DNA of 64,000 nt from an uncultured Gammaproteobacteria bacterium (lineage in GTDB: Bacteria > Patescibacteriota > Patescibacteriia > VMEV01 > CAYQCH01), in assembly GCA_964503955.1 (NCBI GenBank), contig CAZDCG010000001.1, positions 237,804 to 301,803 of the forward strand, in the 5' to 3' direction. Positions 28,101 through 36,692 of this stretch are shown here, piece after piece; position 1 is the stretch's first letter, and every line of letters begins with the position of its first letter. The translations under genes were made by a program, and so were the position numbers. Below the pieces are notes generated by a model. It was not told where the DNA came from. It made no database searches and saw nothing but the letters and a program-made list of their open reading frames with translations.

Positions 28101-30412
28101 AAATCGAAATGCAGATATTCCTGGGTTGTCATCCATGAGACGGACGCAGCGATATCACTGCCAAGGGCCTCAACAGGCTCGGCGCTGAGCCATACCCATT
28201 CGTCAGAGCAGCCCCATTCCGCCAAACATTCACGAATCTCTGATGGATAAACAAATGATGCCATTCCGGCCCCATCCGTCTGAACTGTTGCCACCGTTTG
28301 CTCATCTTGGCGGACACGGAATTCCATGAACGCCGCTGGTTTGCCATCAAACAATGTCGCGCGCAAGGTTACGAAATTGTCCTCTCCGGCATCAACACGT
28401 TGTTTCTCCGGTTCCATCGAGAGGGCGATTTCAGGCGCGCTGAATTCACGCACATCAATGGATTTTGAAAAATGAGATTGCCCATTCACATTCACGTTCA
28501 ATGAATAATAGCCTTCTGCAAGATGCGTAAGGTCAAGATCGCCGGAAAAGAAACCCAAATCATTCACAGCCGGATGCTCTGAAGCAACAACCACCTGCCC
28601 GTTCCAAACAGAGTCGCGCCAGCCGACAAGCTCTATTTCAACTTCCGACGGCATTTCTCCGTCCTGGCGCTGAACAAATCCCCAATAGCGGACCGTATCA
28701 TCCGGATGGGCTAAATACTGATCCAGAGTAACAAACCCATTGTAAATCTCTCGCTGATCAAATCTTCCAAGACGGATCGGCAACGCAGACTGATACGCGC
28801 TCGTGCGGACAAACAAAACGGTCTGCTCCTGCATCATGGCGATTTGCTCCTGCGTCAGCTCGAGCACACCGTCCGCATTGGTCGTGCCAAGCAAGGTGTC
28901 AAACGCGTAAACGGATGCCTGTGCCAATGTTTCTCCTTTTTCCACGTCCACAGCCCAGACCAAACCGTCATTCTCGGTGATTGCCGCGTACATCCCTGCC
29001 GGTGAAACAATCCACGGCATGAGGTATAAACCGCCTCCCACCTCGATCGCCAGCAAGTAGACTCCTTCATTCGCGATCGGCCTTAATGCATAGAATGCCT
29101 GATACGAAGCACTTGATTGCGAAGCAAGCTCATACTGCTGCACAGGCGAAGCAAAATCTTGATCTTCAAGAAATTCCCTAAACAATTCAGACCGCAGCTG
29201 CGACGGAATCCAAGGCGCGATCGTTGAGATTTCCCGCAATACGGATTCTGTCATTTCTTCATTCAATGCGAATACCCGCACTTGCGCCACCGGCTGGCGG
29301 GCTGTGCCGTAATGATATCCGACAAGCTCTGCTCCTTGTCCCGGCTGTGATCCGAGCTGTTCTTCATGGAACCAAATCGCGCCTGAAGAAAGCGCCTCGT
29401 CATTGGTAGCAAATTGAATGACATAATCTTCCTGCAATTCCCAATGGCCTTCAGGCTCGTTTTCCGGGCGATATTCTTCCGCCACGCCAAAGCCGGCGCG
29501 CAGACGAACCGTGTAAACCGTATTCTTCTCCCATGGACGCTCCGGCACGATAATGAATGTTCGATACCCTTCTTCAATCTTGAACGGATGCGCCGGCTCA
29601 ATGCTCACATAATCAGCCGCATTTTTTGTATTGGTATGGCTCACGTTTATGCGAACCGCCGTGTCGACGGGAATATACGAGCTTTGATCAGCCGGTGTGC
29701 TGCCCATCACCTTGAAATGATCCTGAATCTCAAATGCCCATGCGTACTCATATGGATTAAGCCCTGACGCGTCCTGGACAAGGCTTGCGATACGGACCTG
29801 CGTGACACCGCCGCGCTCAAGCTGTTCTTCAGGTTCAATGCGGTACACTGTCCCGCGCTCAATGGTTTTGATCGAAAATGATGTTCCACCGAATGAGAGA
29901 AATGCTTTCAGATCACCGGCTGAAATGCTTGTTTTGCTTGTAAGAATGAAACTGCTATCCGGCCTGACCACTCCAAGCGCATCAACGGATTCAGGTTCAA
30001 GCGTGAAATTGTCATGCGCATGCGCAACAGGCAGCATAATCCCGCCGATCTGCCCCGGCTTATTCAAGCCAGGCAAAGCAGACGGGGTGTAATGCGTAAA
30101 CGCGATCACAAGCGCGATCGCCACCATCAGGACACCGGCCGCCGAGAATGATTTCACGTGAACGAGTTTGAATAAATGTTTTCTCTGCTTTTTCTTCTTC
30201 TCTTGCTGTTCAACCGCCTTGCGTAAAATTTTTCGGAGCAGCATGTCTTTAAATTCCATACGATAGGGTTTAACGTCATGACGAGAGGCAATCATTTTCT
30301 CAGCCATGCGCAAAGCATCCTGTTCTTCAGGACTGAGCTGTTTGCGCTCAGCGTCGGAAATCTGTTCGCCCCGCAAGAGCGCATCCATGAATTGTTGCAA
30401 ATGGCTATTCAT
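25139..30412 (-). CDS. 1757-aa single-pass membrane protein: N-terminal cytoplasmic anti-sigma-factor-like domain + TM + large extracytoplasmic alpha-2-macroglobulin (A2M/MG-domain) family region
   Basis: Start ATG overlaps the ECF sigma stop by 8 nt (TATGAATAG). ~84-aa N-domain, then TM AAGVLMVAIALVIAF. MG-like segments (LRATLFDGKPAAFMEFRVRQDEQTVATVQTDGAGMASFVYP). A2M hallmark ...VLDRAYLEL...DVRSEFLELAHYEIVQTDANGYARISFRLPDNVTTW (cf. RSxFPETWxW...PDSITTW). C-terminal GGYLVEDILPSGL receptor-binding-domain-like segment. No CxEQ thioester seen. Confidence 0.7.
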   Translation of the reverse strand: MNSHLQQFMDALLRGEQISDAERKQLSPEEQDALRMAEKMIASRHDVKPYRMEFKDMLLRKILRKAVEQQEKKKKQRKHLFKLVHVKSFSAAGVLMVAIALVIAFTHYTPSALPGLNKPGQIGGIMLPVAHAHDNFTLEPESVDALGVVRPDSSFILTSKTSISAGDLKAFLSFGGTSFSIKTIERGTVYRIEPEEQLERGGVTQVRIASLVQDASGLNPYEYAWAFEIQDHFKVMGSTPADQSSYIPVDTAVRINVSHTNTKNAADYVSIEPAHPFKIEEGYRTFIIVPERPWEKNTVYTVRLRAGFGVAEEYRPENEPEGHWELQEDYVIQFATNDEALSSGAIWFHEEQLGSQPGQGAELVGYHYGTARQPVAQVRVFALNEEMTESVLREISTIAPWIPSQLRSELFREFLEDQDFASPVQQYELASQSSASYQAFYALRPIANEGVYLLAIEVGGGLYLMPWIVSPAGMYAAITENDGLVWAVDVEKGETLAQASVYAFDTLLGTTNADGVLELTQEQIAMMQEQTVLFVRTSAYQSALPIRLGRFDQREIYNGFVTLDQYLAHPDDTVRYWGFVQRQDGEMPSEVEIELVGWRDSVWNGQVVVASEHPAVNDLGFFSGDLDLTHLAEGYYSLNVNVNGQSHFSKSIDVREFSAPEIALSMEPEKQRVDAGEDNFVTLRATLFDGKPAAFMEFRVRQDEQTVATVQTDGAGMASFVYPSEIRECLAEWGCSDEWVWLSAEPVEALGSDIAASVSWMTTQEYLHFDLAHEVEDGSVLFTAHVQGLNYLTSDEPYPPQNKIQRFHAAGVPFRATVVEISSELSSALMSEYDEYTNTTRYYYEYTRKEQVVDRHEGLTDEQGRTHFTFTPQPERNYEIRFEAMDAFERYDSQTEYISFYELPYGRVYVENPDEEIPVQVATPPHYQPHLTISHEKAEDGFQVGDIVKLQAKLNSWQDAAINISEDTLFFVYALAPSIEGYKVTRGATADFLIEDRHRPSFTLAGAALIDGRIYYTYPFFLDSVTVDQEPYRLDVNVQTGADAYGRGDEVNAEIQVKDAQGKPVRAEVNISVLDRAYLELDQYAAAENPLTELWSGQYHRLRQQAATHHPPYLFEGGGGGGGDVRSEFLELAHYEIVQTDANGYARISFRLPDNVTTWAILAKAATSDRKGGLGIKDVVVAQPLQVEVIANDQYLAEDSIVLSARSYADFLHADDDVQYAFYGPLAVEAVPSSLADFPVADQLQTVRLTEHPQFAIGQLKPGLYAYAIRATAQERQDIVIKSFMVRDSYATRREAVAKPAQEGLPQVPEEAKRIDVSFSSSIGADAYRMLTGFSAYGTRLDGRVAQDAAAGLLKQYFGVDHATAETAVTTPYKVPNGGFTLYPFGEADLERTSALLPLLDDQEYAPEEMAVYFASVLSDEDRTLEETALAFRGLAALQKPGLAQLQQFAHRDDLNVQTILTAADALLLYGDVQTARSLFARAIDLGYQEEDGRAWITAEDAETLEIRAQTELAMLVAAQLQDARAELFYAYLLAQSDKMDPAALVRYWKAQLAHQPVADMRFVVRAGEEERFVTLRGYESFTLSLSRDDYQQLSLEDVQGPLYATAAYEIPFTDAVDSSMISASRMYRQNGRIVESIDPSLPVEVEIVVSLKNPQFGGGYLVEDILPSGLQGRWRGLSWMHDTAGQRCTTAPYRLSEGRMNAHIWLGPECSSYTVRYRAMAVAEGGSYVAEGVSVTGGEHEAVALRTPRQRIEINE

Positions 30413-31055
30413 ATGATTGTTCAGCGGCTTTCGCGTAGAGTTTTTTCAATCCGCGGTGAATGCGCACGGAAACGGCATTAGGCGTCAGCTCTACGATGGA
30501 AGAAATCTCTTTTACCGAGAGTTCGGCAAAGAATCGCAGCTCAATAATTTTGCGGTCTGTCTTTGAAAGCGAAGAAAGCAGCAATAAGACTTCTTCTTTT
30601 CTTTCTGCGCTGATCACTTCCTGATGCGCGCCGGCTGAAGTATCGGGACGCTCCGGCAGCACATCGGTGGCATACTCGTTCTTCGTGGAGGATTTCCGAT
30701 AATAATCCGTCAAAAGATTTGCAGCGATACGATATACCCAGGCCCCGAACGGCGCGCCGGTAATTTGAAAGCGGGGCAGCTTTTCAAAGGCTTTCAGAAA
30801 AACCTGCGAAGTCAGGTCTTCGGTTGTTTGTTCATGTCCGCAGCGGCGGTAAATATACCGGTAAATCAGCGGGAAATAGTGATGATAAAGCTTCGTGAAT
30901 GCCTGTTCATCGCCGCGTTTTGCTTTTTTAACAAGCTCTTTTTCTCCGGCAAGCGTCTCATGAGTCTGATTGGCTGAAGCCATGGCAAAAAAACGGAGCG
31001 ACTCCCGGAAAAAACCTCCTGCAAATTGTCCAATAAGATCAGCCAAAAGCGTCAT
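30405..31055 (-). CDS. ECF (sigma-70 family group 4) RNA polymerase sigma factor
   Basis: Region 2 (EQAFTKLYHHYFPLIYRYIYRRCGHEQTTEDLTSQVFLKAFEKL) and region 4 (LSSLSKTDRKIIELRFFAELSVKEISSIVELTPNAVSVRIHRGLKKL). The true start may be the internal ATG at 30983. Confidence 0.8.
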   Translation of the reverse strand: MTLLADLIGQFAGGFFRESLRFFAMASANQTHETLAGEKELVKKAKRGDEQAFTKLYHHYFPLIYRYIYRRCGHEQTTEDLTSQVFLKAFEKLPRFQITGAPFGAWVYRIAANLLTDYYRKSSTKNEYATDVLPERPDTSAGAHQEVISAERKEEVLLLLSSLSKTDRKIIELRFFAELSVKEISSIVELTPNAVSVRIHRGLKKLYAKAAEQSYE

Positions 31056-31201
31056 AAAACCGGTTCTATAGAGAAAAACGGCAATGGTTTCTCTATCTTA
31101 CATGAGCGGGTGCTTTTTCTCCATTTCCTGTACAGCAGCTCAAAGCGTGCCTGAGCAGGGATATTCTTGTATACTTTTAAGAGATTCTTAACGTTACTCA
31201 T

Positions 31202-31447
31202 GTGAGAATACTTTTAGCAATTGTGATGATTGTTTCGGGTTTCATGGTCACCTGGAAATCCGAATGGCTCTTTCAAAACTTTGGTACCATTCCGTTTTTT
31301 GAAAAATATTTCCACTCATCGGGCGGAGGAAGATTCGGCTACAAAATGGTTGGCATTATCGGGACTTTTGCGGGGATTTTTGTTCTGACCAATCTTCATA
31401 TACGCGTTCTGACAAAGATCGCGGAACTTTTCACATTCAGCTCATAA
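31202..31447 (+). CDS. small two-TM membrane protein, hypothetical
   Basis: 81-aa ORF with two hydrophobic helices. No homolog recognised. Confidence 0.3.
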   Translation: MRILLAIVMIVSGFMVTWKSEWLFQNFGTIPFFEKYFHSSGGGRFGYKMVGIIGTFAGIFVLTNLHIRVLTKIAELFTFSS

Positions 31448-31887
31448 TGGAAAAGAAGGGGCGCCAGAGCTGGCATCCCCTTCCTGATATCTCCACGCCT
31501 CAGCCATGCTGCGGCGTTTTTAATCCCCTTTATCGTTTCTCAAGGATCGCGGCCGCCCGATCACGCCAATTCTTGCCACAGACACCGCAGCAGTCAATGT
31601 GGCTTGCCGCCTGCGGATGCCTGGGCCGCACTTCACTGGCTTGCAGGACAGCCTTGCTCGAATGCTGTTGCTCATGCAGACGCCTCAGATCCTCTCGCAG
31701 CAGAGGATAAATATGCATCCACTGGGCGCAATCCGGTTCAACGCGCATGATATCTCCATGGCTTCTGCGTTTTTCATCCCGATCTGATCGGATCAGGGTG
31801 AAAAATACCGAGCCGGAACCAGACTCTTGTTGACCCGCGCGCGATCATTGAAATGCCAGGCGCCAGATCCATCTCGATCTGATCTAT

Positions 31888-31971
31888 GTGCGGACGGAGA
31901 GACTCGAACTCTCATGGGCTGATGCCCACTACGCCCTGAACGTAGCGCGTCTACCAATTCCGCCACGTCCG
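31888..31971 (-). tRNA. tRNA-Leu (anticodon CAG), type II, no encoded CCA
   Basis: Reverse complement GCGGACG...anticodon arm CTACG-TTCAGGG-CGTAG, long variable arm, T-arm GAGAG-TTCGAGT-CTCTC, CGTCCGC-A. Confidence 0.8.
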
Positions 31972-32318
31972 CACGCAAATCAGATCTGATTCTGCCAAGC
32001 CTGCGCATTAAAATCATCATGCCCGCAAGGAGAATGCCCCTTTGCGGGTGGAAAATATCATATTACAGACGAACATAACTTGCAACTAATGCAAAAGCCG
32101 CGCTGGACGAGCATCCGGCGCGGCTGATGTTACCTGCTTGCGCGGTAACGTTCGCGGTCAACACAGAAGGCCTCAAGGCCAGGCCTATTGTCGACGTAGA
32201 TCCCTGGGCTGAGCACTCCCTGATCCATGATCAAGGTGTTTTCCCAAGGCAGGTAGATGGCGTTTGCGGAATCTTCCCAGGCGAGGCAACCGGACCGGTC
32301 GCCAATGGGGCTGGTCAC

Positions 32319-32900
32319 TCAGCCCCAGGCATCATCCTCCTGAGAACCGTTTTGTCTCAGAGCAAAGCTGAACTGAAAGCGTTCAGGAGCCTCGCCGTCA
32401 TAGCGCCAGAAGACGATCTTCCCGTCGCTTCCATCCGCAAAGGACCACTCGTACATGGGCGAGCCCGCGAACTGGAGATAAACCTGCTCAACCGCCGGAC
32501 CGCCTTGCAGGGTATCAGCCCGAGCGGGAACGGCCGCGATGATGAAGGACGGGTTCCAGTACACGCCGCAGATGCGCACGCGGCCGGGATTTGCCTTCGC
32601 CGACGGCTCTCCATTCCAGCCGGCATTCCGTTGAACTTTTTGCATCCAGCTCTTTAACGCCCTGTCCTCCCCCGCGAGGGAAGCGGACGTAAGCTGGATC
32701 ACCGAGCTTGAGACAGAAGCTTCAACTCCCCTGTTCTCCCCCGGCAATGCAAGCGATGTCTCATGGCTGCGGGGAAGGCTTCGTTGAGGCGAATCACACC
32801 CGCAAACCAGAAGAAGAACGGAAAGGCGAAGAAAGCCTTTTCGCACGGATTTCCTCCTTTCAGAGACATCTATCGTAAAAGTTCTGCCAAAGAGCGTCAA
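32319..32900 (-). CDS. secreted hypothetical protein with signal peptide
   Basis: Basic n-region then hydrophobic LSVLLLVCGC. Preferred over the overlapping antisense ORF 32127-32657. Confidence 0.35.
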   Translation of the reverse strand: MTLFGRTFTIDVSERRKSVRKGFLRLSVLLLVCGCDSPQRSLPRSHETSLALPGENRGVEASVSSSVIQLTSASLAGEDRALKSWMQKVQRNAGWNGEPSAKANPGRVRICGVYWNPSFIIAAVPARADTLQGGPAVEQVYLQFAGSPMYEWSFADGSDGKIVFWRYDGEAPERFQFSFALRQNGSQEDDAWG

Positions 32901-32992
32901 GGGCCCACCGCCATGGCTTGCTCAAAAAAAGCCCCTATGCTATGATCATCTCAAGAAATCGCGACGCGCGGTTTTTTATTCTGTGAAATTCC

Positions 32993-33068
32993 GGGCCCGT
33001 AGCTCATCTGGTAGAGCGCCTCGTTTGCACCGAGGAGGTGGCAGGTTCGAGTCCTGTCGGGTCCACCA
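32993..33068 (+). tRNA. tRNA-Ala (anticodon TGC), CCA encoded
   Basis: GGGCCCG acceptor with a G3:U70-type wobble. Anticodon loop TTTGCAC. Confidence 0.85.
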
Positions 33069-33070
33069 CA

Positions 33071-33126
33071 AAACGCCGTAGCTCATGGTGTCATCTTCTG
33101 CAGACATCATCCGCTACGGCGTTTTG
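33071..33126 (+). terminator. long-stem hairpin terminator after tRNA-Ala
   Basis: AAACGCCGTAGC...GCTACGGCGTTT 12-bp stem followed by TTGC. Confidence 0.5.
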
Positions 33127-33171
33127 CTTGCTTTGCGCATTTATTGTCACAATGAAAAATTCTGGTAGACT

Positions 33172-33750
33172 TTGTGTACTATGACTATGCGATTAAAACT
33201 TATTTCAGGAATTTCCCTGGTGATCATCGCTCTCCTCTTGATTCCATGGGCATTGACGCACTTTTTTCTCAGCGCTCCTCAGGCGCCCGCGCAAGAGCCA
33301 ATAATCACCGACAATGCAGACCCATCAGACGTGACCGGCACTCCCTATGAGCTTGCAGAAGGCTTTGTGATCAATATACCCGCGCAATGGGAATTGCTCG
33401 TGCATGATGAAGAACGCAGCGTGGATCGTTATCGGTTTGAGCGCAATGGAAGCGCGAAAGGAATTTTCACCGTCAGTTTTTATCCGGAGAAAACAGATTT
33501 TCAGGAGGTGATTGAAGCGCGATACGGAAGCGGATTTGTCACTGAACCAAAACCGGTTGAGATTGGCGAGATGGAGGCCGTTTTAGTTCATTCCGCTTTC
33601 TTTGAACAAGGCGATACGGCCGATATGATTGTGCAAATTAACGAAACCACATTTCTCTCGCTCTACGGCGTATTCCTGCCTGACGGAGAAGAAGGCCAAT
33701 CAATCAAAAATGAGATCCGTTATATGCAGGAATCGCTTCGCGCCTCCTAA
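33172..33750 (+). CDS. membrane-anchored/secreted hypothetical protein
   Basis: An N-terminal TM helix, then a soluble domain with no recognised motif. A terminator hairpin follows at 33760-33795. Confidence 0.4.
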   Translation: MCTMTMRLKLISGISLVIIALLLIPWALTHFFLSAPQAPAQEPIITDNADPSDVTGTPYELAEGFVINIPAQWELLVHDEERSVDRYRFERNGSAKGIFTVSFYPEKTDFQEVIEARYGSGFVTEPKPVEIGEMEAVLVHSAFFEQGDTADMIVQINETTFLSLYGVFLPDGEEGQSIKNEIRYMQESLRAS

Positions 33751-33867
33751 AAGATCTCTTGAAATGAGAGCAGCCCCGCTCGGATGAAATCCAAGCGGGG
33801 CCGTTTTGTGGTTTGCCTCAGAGCGGGAGGATGCTCCTTGGCAGGCCGATCCACGTGGCCCAGGGAA

Positions 33868-34941
33868 CTAGCTGCGGCTCTGGCGCCAGCTCTCGCCGTT
33901 GCCGCCGAAGCTGGGCAGGCCGTAGGTGCCGCCGTTGATGCCGGCGCCCACGAGCGCGGGGCTCTCCATGCCGTCGTACACCGTGGCGGCCGCGTCGGAG
34001 ATGGCCTTGTACTGCTCGCCGGTCAGGTTCTCGGGGTTGACCTCACCGACGGCCGAGGTGCCGGCCTGGATCTGCTCGTTGACCGAGTTGACCTTGCTCA
34101 GGGCGCGGAACCACATGCCGAAGACGTAGCGCTGGCCCATGTCGTAGGCCCCCTCCAGGAACTCGGACGGGTTCTCGATGCCCAGCTGCTGGGTCTTGAT
34201 GCTCCCCGTCGAGATCAGCTGGGTGAGCATCTCGGTGAAGGGCACCTGCCGCGTGTCCGTGGCGATGTCGTGGATGTGGAAGCGGCTCGCCGCGGTCTTC
34301 TTGGCGAAGCTGCCGCCGAGCTTGACGTCGGTCACGACGTACTGGCCGTCGATCAGCAGGGCGCGCACCACGGCCATGGGGGCCGTCTTGAAGACGGTGC
34401 TCTTGCGGACGCTGCGGTCGTAGACCGCGAGCGTGAGCTCGAGGGTGTCCACCTGGCCCTCGTACTGGCCGTAGTTCAGCCAGGCGTTGAGGGCGTTCTT
34501 GATCTTGGTCACCGTCGTGACGAGGTTCGTCCGGCGGCCCTTGCCGCGCCCGGTCTTGCCCTTGTTGAACGGGATCTTGAGCACCGAGCGCATGATGTCC
34601 GCGGGCGACATCTCGAGCATCGGGTTGATCCCCCTGCCGGCGAGCGTCGCGGTGAGCGTCTCGGAGGTCACCTGCACGCCGAAGTAGTTGAAGACGCGGG
34701 AGATGCCCTCGAACATCATGATCGGCCCGCGCTTCATCTGCATCCGCGCGGTGATCTGATCGAGCGTGACGACGGTGTTGTCCTCGCAGAGCGAGATGCC
34801 GCCCGTCGCGCGGAACTGCACGAACTCGTGGCGGCTGACCAGCCGGACCTTGCCCTGCTTGATCAGGTCCACGATGCGAGCGCGGTCCGTGAACGAGGCG
34901 GCGAGCCGGGTGGAGACGTTGTTGAGGTTGATCGAACGCAT
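33868..34941 (-). CDS. hypothetical protein encoded in a ~67% GC compositional island (possible horizontally acquired / virus-derived gene)
   Basis: Of three overlapping ORFs, only this frame has a balanced, protein-like composition; the other two are Arg/Ala/Gly-rich antisense artefacts. GGAG ribosome-binding site 7 nt before ATG 34941. GC3-biased codons contrast with ~50% GC flanks. No family recognised. Confidence 0.55.
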   Translation of the reverse strand: MRSINLNNVSTRLAASFTDRARIVDLIKQGKVRLVSRHEFVQFRATGGISLCEDNTVVTLDQITARMQMKRGPIMMFEGISRVFNYFGVQVTSETLTATLAGRGINPMLEMSPADIMRSVLKIPFNKGKTGRGKGRRTNLVTTVTKIKNALNAWLNYGQYEGQVDTLELTLAVYDRSVRKSTVFKTAPMAVVRALLIDGQYVVTDVKLGGSFAKKTAASRFHIHDIATDTRQVPFTEMLTQLISTGSIKTQQLGIENPSEFLEGAYDMGQRYVFGMWFRALSKVNSVNEQIQAGTSAVGEVNPENLTGEQYKAISDAAATVYDGMESPALVGAGINGGTYGLPSFGGNGESWRQSRS

Positions 34942-35611
34942 GAAACACTCCGTGTTCTCTGGCTCTCCGTGCCCTCTTCATGAGGGCTCGACGGAGAACA
35001 CAACACTTTCAGAAACGTTGTCGGGGCGCACGCCCCAACCCTTCAGAGCGGAGTTTTGGACCTCAGTGTTCTTTTGAGGGACCAAAAAACCCCGATCTCT
35101 ATGAATACCTTTTTTCAATCGAAACTGCGAAAGTACCCATAGGGATCGGAGTTATAAAAACTCCTTACCCCAAAGTGTATGTAAAGAGCAGCCAGACCGA
35201 AGTCTGAACCCTGATCACATGAATCTATGAGCAGATTTCAGTTTTCGGAACTGCCGGAAAAAAAAAGCGCTCCCGCTTTCACGGTGGCCTTCGCATTCCA
35301 GACTGGATAGCGAAGTAAATCTATTGAAGGCAGTCGACGTCCCTCAAAAGTTTAACTTCGCTGTTCAGCCGGCAATGGAAAGAACAATTTTCTACGTGTT
35401 GATCCTCATACTATCACAGCCTAAGAGGTTGTCAAGGAATGACAACACACAGGAAAGGCCCAGCTCAAAGCCCTGATTTCCTTGGATTTCCTGTTGAATA
35501 CCTCTAATTCATCAACAGCGCTGTGGATAAGTCATCTCCAAAGAACACTTAGCGAACCCGGCTGAAGTTTTCTTCTCGAGCCGATCAAAGGTTGCGTATA
35601 CATTCCATTCT

Positions 35612-35686
<75 letters not shown>

Positions 35687-35814
35687 ACCGGGAATGAAAT
35701 GCATGATCGCCAGTAATCAGAAAGGATCGTCCAAGCCGATCCCTTTGCGCGATACTATAACAAGTCAAACATAATTCGGCAATACAAAAGAGCCCCCAAT
35801 GGGGCTCTTATTGT

Positions 35815-36387
35815 TTATTCTACGCCTCTGCCTTTTCCATACTGGACGATTTCTACTTTGATATAACGTCGTCCCCATTCTTTGGCATCAGTCTTGCTCT
35901 CCATCCAGATATCAAGGGTTTTGCTGTAGCGGGGATTCATGCGATCCTCGACGCGAAAAACCTTTTCCCCGTAGTAATCCGGAATACGGATTTTTGTTCC
36001 GATAGGATAGTAATTTGTTGCAATGACTCCGTCTCGCGTAAGCGATCCGATGGCCGTAAGGTACGGAGAGCCGTCCGTTTGCTCGGGAAGGCTGTTATAA
36101 GCGCTCGCCATCATATAATCGACGGCAATTGGCTCAACCTTCTTCATTTTCTCCGTCCATTTCTGTTCTGCCTGCTCGCGCTGTTCGCCGGCAAGCATCA
36201 CGATTGAACGTTCCGGCAAGTGGATCGTTTCACGGCCGATCAGGGAAGGAGCAACAGCATTGGTTGTGAAGAGCTCCGCGGCGCGCGACTGGTCAACCAG
36301 AAAGAGAAACCCGAATGAGAGAAGCGCCGTGGTTAGAACTACTTGTGTTTTGGTGTAACCAGAAGGATACGCTTCTGGTGACTTCAT
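35815..36387 (-). CDS. 3D-domain (MltA/YuiC-like) cell-wall-binding protein
   Basis: C-terminal VIATNYYPIGTKIRIPDYYGEKVFRVEDRMNPRYSKTLDIWMES 3D domain. Signal anchor. The start was moved to the ATG with a GGAG ribosome-binding site. Confidence 0.7.
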   Translation of the reverse strand: MKSPEAYPSGYTKTQVVLTTALLSFGFLFLVDQSRAAELFTTNAVAPSLIGRETIHLPERSIVMLAGEQREQAEQKWTEKMKKVEPIAVDYMMASAYNSLPEQTDGSPYLTAIGSLTRDGVIATNYYPIGTKIRIPDYYGEKVFRVEDRMNPRYSKTLDIWMESKTDAKEWGRRYIKVEIVQYGKGRGVE

Positions 36388-36639
36388 AGTGCAACTCCGT
36401 CTCCCCTTATCACGCAAATACCCTTTATCAGAACAACCAGATTCAGTAGAGTACCGAAAGGACACCGCGTAACAAGGAGTTAATAGACAAACGAAAAAAG
36501 GCTTGCGTGCCTTTTGTTTTTTCGTTTACCTACTAGGTGACTGGGACCTTATGGAATTTTTGTTTCTTTTGCAAGGTACGATTACCAGAATAACATATCT
36601 GGCTAAATTTGTCAAGCCTGCTGGCTGTTTTTTCGCTAA

Positions 36640-36675
36640 GGTAAAAGAAAAAACACCCGTACATACAGGTGTTTT
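36640..36675 (-). terminator. terminator after membrane-protein gene 36693-37406
   Basis: AACACC-cgtacataca-GGTGTT hairpin with a T-run on the minus strand. Confidence 0.5.
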
Positions 36676-36692
36676 CTCAAGGATGGACGAAC

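Noticed and set aside
31447-31748. Overlapping small ORFs 31447-31710 (+) and 31530-31748 (-), Cys-rich
   Set aside because: Neither has a convincing ribosome-binding site or recognisable family, and the two overlap almost completely. Left unannotated. Real coding potential here cannot be excluded.
33784-34983. 399-aa plus-strand ORF and 312-aa minus-strand ORF (34043-34981) overlapping the GC-rich gene
   Set aside because: Both are Arg/Ala/Gly/His-rich, typical shadow ORFs of a high-GC gene. Only the 33868-34941 frame has protein-like composition and a ribosome-binding site.
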